A stretch of 63,988 nucleotides of DNA, counting the filler, from Octopus bimaculoides (lineage: Eukaryota): the NCBI RefSeq assembly GCF_001194135.2. It is 3 parts of 2 records of this genome, joined end to end, with 100 filler letters (N's around TTAATTAATTAA, not from the genome) between each part and the next. Parts side by side here need not be neighbours in the genome. Positions count along the whole stretch, not along the records: positions 31,736 to 62,639 come from NC_068990.1; positions 62,740 to 63,988 come from NW_026421141.1; 1 more part is not named here. The stretch is one strand, 5' to 3'. The notes under the pieces were generated by a model, which made no database searches, was not told the DNA's origin, and saw only the letters and a program-made list of their open reading frames with translations. The position numbers and the translations under genes are program-made. Shown in pieces: positions 60,625 to 63,988 of the stretch; position 1 is the first letter of the stretch; every line of letters starts with the position of its first letter.

Positions 60625-62450
60625 CTAGCAGAGATACCCGGCGTTGCCTGTGTTACATGCAATTGAAGAATGAGACTTTTCTGTTATATTTTCTGTAAGG
60701 AACTGGAATACATATGGTTCAAATTTCATCAAAATTGCACATGAGGGTTCTTTCCCTCTTTACACACCCTAAAAAAATTCTAATCATGAGACATATATCC
60801 AATACTATTGATCTTTATGCACATATTCCAAGATTTCAGTCTTCTGGTACCTGTAAAAAGGATTTTGCTCCTGAAAAATGGAGCTCATGGAGCTCTAAAA
60901 TGTGGGAATGAAGGCCCCTATTGGGGGTGGATGTGTTAATGTCAACCAGAGAAGTTGAATTGTTGAGAATGTTTTTAACTTGAGTTTTATAGTATGCCTG
61001 TATATATGTGAAAGTATAATCTCACTTTAATAGTTTCAGTATTAAAGTGAAAGTATTTGAAATTACAGTAATGACATGTTATTGTTTCACTTTTGACAGG
61101 TAATACTGAAATAGTGGAGGAGATATGATATTGCTGTGGGCTCAAACTATGCAAGAAGTTAAAAACTTTTTTGGCCTAAGACACTACATGAACCCTAAGT
61201 AAGGCATGTGTTAACTTGGAATGAAATTGGTTGTGTAGTTCTTGAGTTTTAGGGATTCACAGAGACACACATTCCAAAATTCCAGTGTTATGGACCCTGT
61301 AAAAAGGATTTTGCTCCTGAAAAATGGAGCTCGTGGAGCTGAAAAATGTGCGAGTTAAGGCCCCTATTGGGGGTGGGTGTGTTAATGTCAACCAGAGAAG
61401 TTGAATTGTTGGGAATCTTTTTAACTTGTGTGTAATATGTATTGTTTGAATTTCTTTGAAATAGGAAATATATGTATGTTCACTGGGTTTGTAAAAGAGA
61501 GCAAAGCTACAGGAAACCAAAAGACGAATGATCATGATAATCAGTCAGCTACCGTAGCCTAGTCATTACTACTCCCCAATGTAGGATTCCTCACCATACA
61601 GGTGACAGGCACAGCTGTAAGATGCATTACGGATCTATNNNNNNNNNNNNNNNNNNNNNNNNNNNNNNNNNNNNNNNNNNNNNNNNNNNNNNNNNNNNNN
61701 NNNNNNNNNNNNNNNNNNNNNNNNNNNNNNNNNNNNNNNNNNNNNNNNNNNNNNNNNNNNNNNNNNNNNNNNNNNNNNNNNNNNNNNNNNNNNNNNNNNN
61801 NNNNNNNNNNNNNNNNNNNNNNNNNNNNNNNNNNNNNNNNNNNNNNNNNNNNNNNNNNNNNNNNNNNNNNNNNNNNNNNNNNNNNNNNNNNNNNNNNNNN
61901 NNNNNNNNNNNNNNNNNNNNNNNNNNNNNNNNNNNNNNNNNNNNNNNNNNNNNNNNNNNNNNNNNNNNNNNNNNNNNNNNNNNNNNNNNNNNNNNNNNNN
62001 NNNNNNNNNNNNNNNNNNNNNNNNNNNNNNNNNNNNNNNNNNNNNNNNNNNNNNNNNNNNNNNNNNNNNNNNNNNNNNNNNNNNNNNNNNNNNNNNNNNN
62101 NNNNNNNNNNNNNNNNNNNNNNNNNNNNNNNNNNNNNNNNNNNNNNNNNNNNNNNNNNNNNNNNNNNNNNNNNNNNNNNNNNNNNNNNNNNNNNNNNNNN
62201 NNNNNNNNNNNNNNNNNNCGAGTTAAGGCCCCTATTGGGGGTGGGTGTGTTAATGTCAACCAGAGAAGTTGAATTGTTGGGAATCTTTTTAACTTGTGTG
62301 TAATATGTATAGTTAAAATTTCATCAACATCAAAAATATATGAATTTTCATGGGGGCTATGCCCGTTATGCATAGAATATAATTTCCAAATTTCATAAAG
62401 ATCCATTCAGTACTTTTGACGTAGTTTTGGATAAAAAACCAAATGACTAA
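60625..62450 (-). mobile_element. Helitron-like non-autonomous element with internal ~130-bp repeats
   Basis: 3' end ..GGCAACGCCGGGTATCTCTG-CTAG|T at 60625 resembles 44031. Repeated blocks at ~60851-60984, 61298-61428 and 62220-62298. The 5' end was not located. Confidence 0.6.
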
Positions 62451-62592
62451 TGTGTGTGTTTGTGTGCATGTGTATGTGTGTGTGTATGGTTGTATATATG
62501 TATAGATATCTGTATGCATGTATATATGAGTATATATACATCTATGTGTATACATGTACATCTGTCTCTCTCTCTCTATATATATATACATC

Positions 62593-62639
<47 letters not shown>

Positions 62640-62739
62640 NNNNNNNNNNNNNNNNNNNNNNNNNNNNNNNNNNNNNNNNNNNNTTAATTAATTAANNNNN
62701 NNNNNNNNNNNNNNNNNNNNNNNNNNNNNNNNNNNNNNN
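62640..62739. other. Artificial assembly linker N44-TTAATTAATTAA-N44
   Basis: Identical to 31636-31735. Confidence 0.9.
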
Positions 62740-62778
<39 letters not shown>

Positions 62779-63149
62779 CCGTGTGTGAGTGTGTGTGTGT
62801 AAGAGTGTGTGCAAGCTTTACGAAAATGATAACAAGAGTAACCTAATGATTTAAGGAGAACGCCAGCATGAGGAAGTAAAAATCAGGTGGGTGTATGTGT
62901 ATGTGCTTGTGTATGTGTATGTGCGTGTGTATGTGTTGTGTGTGTATGCGTGTTTGTGTGCGTGTGTATGTGTATAAGCTTGTGTGTGTATGGGTGTTTA
63001 CAGAGACGATGTGCAGAGGGCGCGCGTGTGAAATGCGTCTGTCTGCGATAGTTATATGTGTGTGTGTGAGTGTAGAGAGGAAGAATTTAAAGAACAATCT
63101 ATCTATCTATCTGTCTGTCTGCCTGTCTGTCTGTTTGTCTGTTTGTATG

Positions 63150-63201
<52 letters not shown>

Positions 63202-63202
63202 C

Positions 63203-63246
<44 letters not shown>

Positions 63247-63308
63247 ATGTCTATCTATCAATCTGCCTGTCTATCTGTCTATCCATCTATCTATCCATCC
63301 ATCTATCC

Positions 63309-63373
<65 letters not shown>

Positions 63374-63951
63374 CCTATCTATCTACCTATCTATCTCTCC
63401 CCGTCTTTCTCACTCTCTATCTGTCTATCTACTTATTTCTCTGCCAATGCGATGTTTAATTCTCTTCACTATTCTTGCTCGCGCTCATACACGTATCTAT
63501 GCATGCATACATGTATGCATGTATGTATGTATATACGTACGTATGTATGTTTGTATGTACGTTAAAATGTGTATTTGTATATGTATGTTTTATGTATATA
63601 TCGATAGATGGATGAATTTGTGCACATATATACACATGTACCTCCGCATATAAGTATGCGTGCATATGTTTGAATGAAAAGTGAAAGTGAAAGTTAAGGC
63701 CTTCATAACGAAAATGATAGAAGAGGAGAAAAGGGAAAAGAACGACAAAGATAGACAAAAATAGGTAGATAGAATGAGAGAGAGAAAAAGGGAGAGAGAG
63801 AGAGATAGAAAGGAGGGAGACAGATCGGGAGAGTGATAGAGAGAGGAAGTGAGAGGGAATGCAGGAGAGAGAGAGAAGGGGAAAAGGAGAAAATCTTACG
63901 GCACGCGATCATTTCAAAGTTGCATTTTATCATAGGTGTATTTTATATACA

Positions 63952-63988
<37 letters not shown>

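Larger units (their letters stand above)
1..63988. repeat. Window-wide microsatellite load: (TA)n, (CA/TG)n, (CT/GA)n, (GAT/ATC)n, (GGT)n, (AAT)n, (TCTA)n
   Basis: Seen directly. Large tracts include 2505-2588 (CT), 19735-20315 (GAT/GGT), 25495-25910 (CA-rich), 27131-27503, 28025-28455 (AAT/GAT) and 63098-63395 (TCTA). These explain most low-complexity ORFs in the track. Confidence 0.98.

Noticed and set aside
332-63933. Most long ORFs in the track (poly-YI, HT, CV, LS, poly-H/D/M/I and X-filled ORFs)
   Set aside because: They are translations of di-, tri- and tetranucleotide microsatellites or N gaps, with no protein signal.

Overview
This is eukaryotic, AT-rich genomic DNA with many microsatellites and many N gaps. 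The repeat families point to a cephalopod, most likely Octopus (inference from recognised repeat sequences, not from a database search). I could not identify any host protein-coding gene, RNA gene or CRISPR array; almost all ORF-track entries are translations of microsatellites, gaps or transposon debris. The window is a mosaic of dead mobile elements: tRNA-derived SINEs, RTE, CR1 and R4/Dong LINE fragments, hAT, mariner, maT and Gypsy remnants, MITEs and Helitrons. The most interesting signal is a set of about nine minimal type I hammerhead-ribozyme (HHR) motifs from about six sequence families. One family belongs to a ~7.8 kb Penelope-like element (PLE; RT plus GIY-YIG, Naiad-like) at 38643-46412 whose nesting history can be rebuilt almost base by base. 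Others are non-coding, including a 327-nt retrozyme-like monomer with terminal redundancy (47411-47826) and a tRNA-headed HHR element (29833-30149). All three long RTE copies carry a PHD-like C4HC3 finger inside ORF2. Two 100-bp N44-TTAATTAATTAA-N44 spacers are artificial joins, so sequence on either side of ~31.7 kb and ~62.7 kb may not be contiguous. Boundaries of degenerate elements are approximate.
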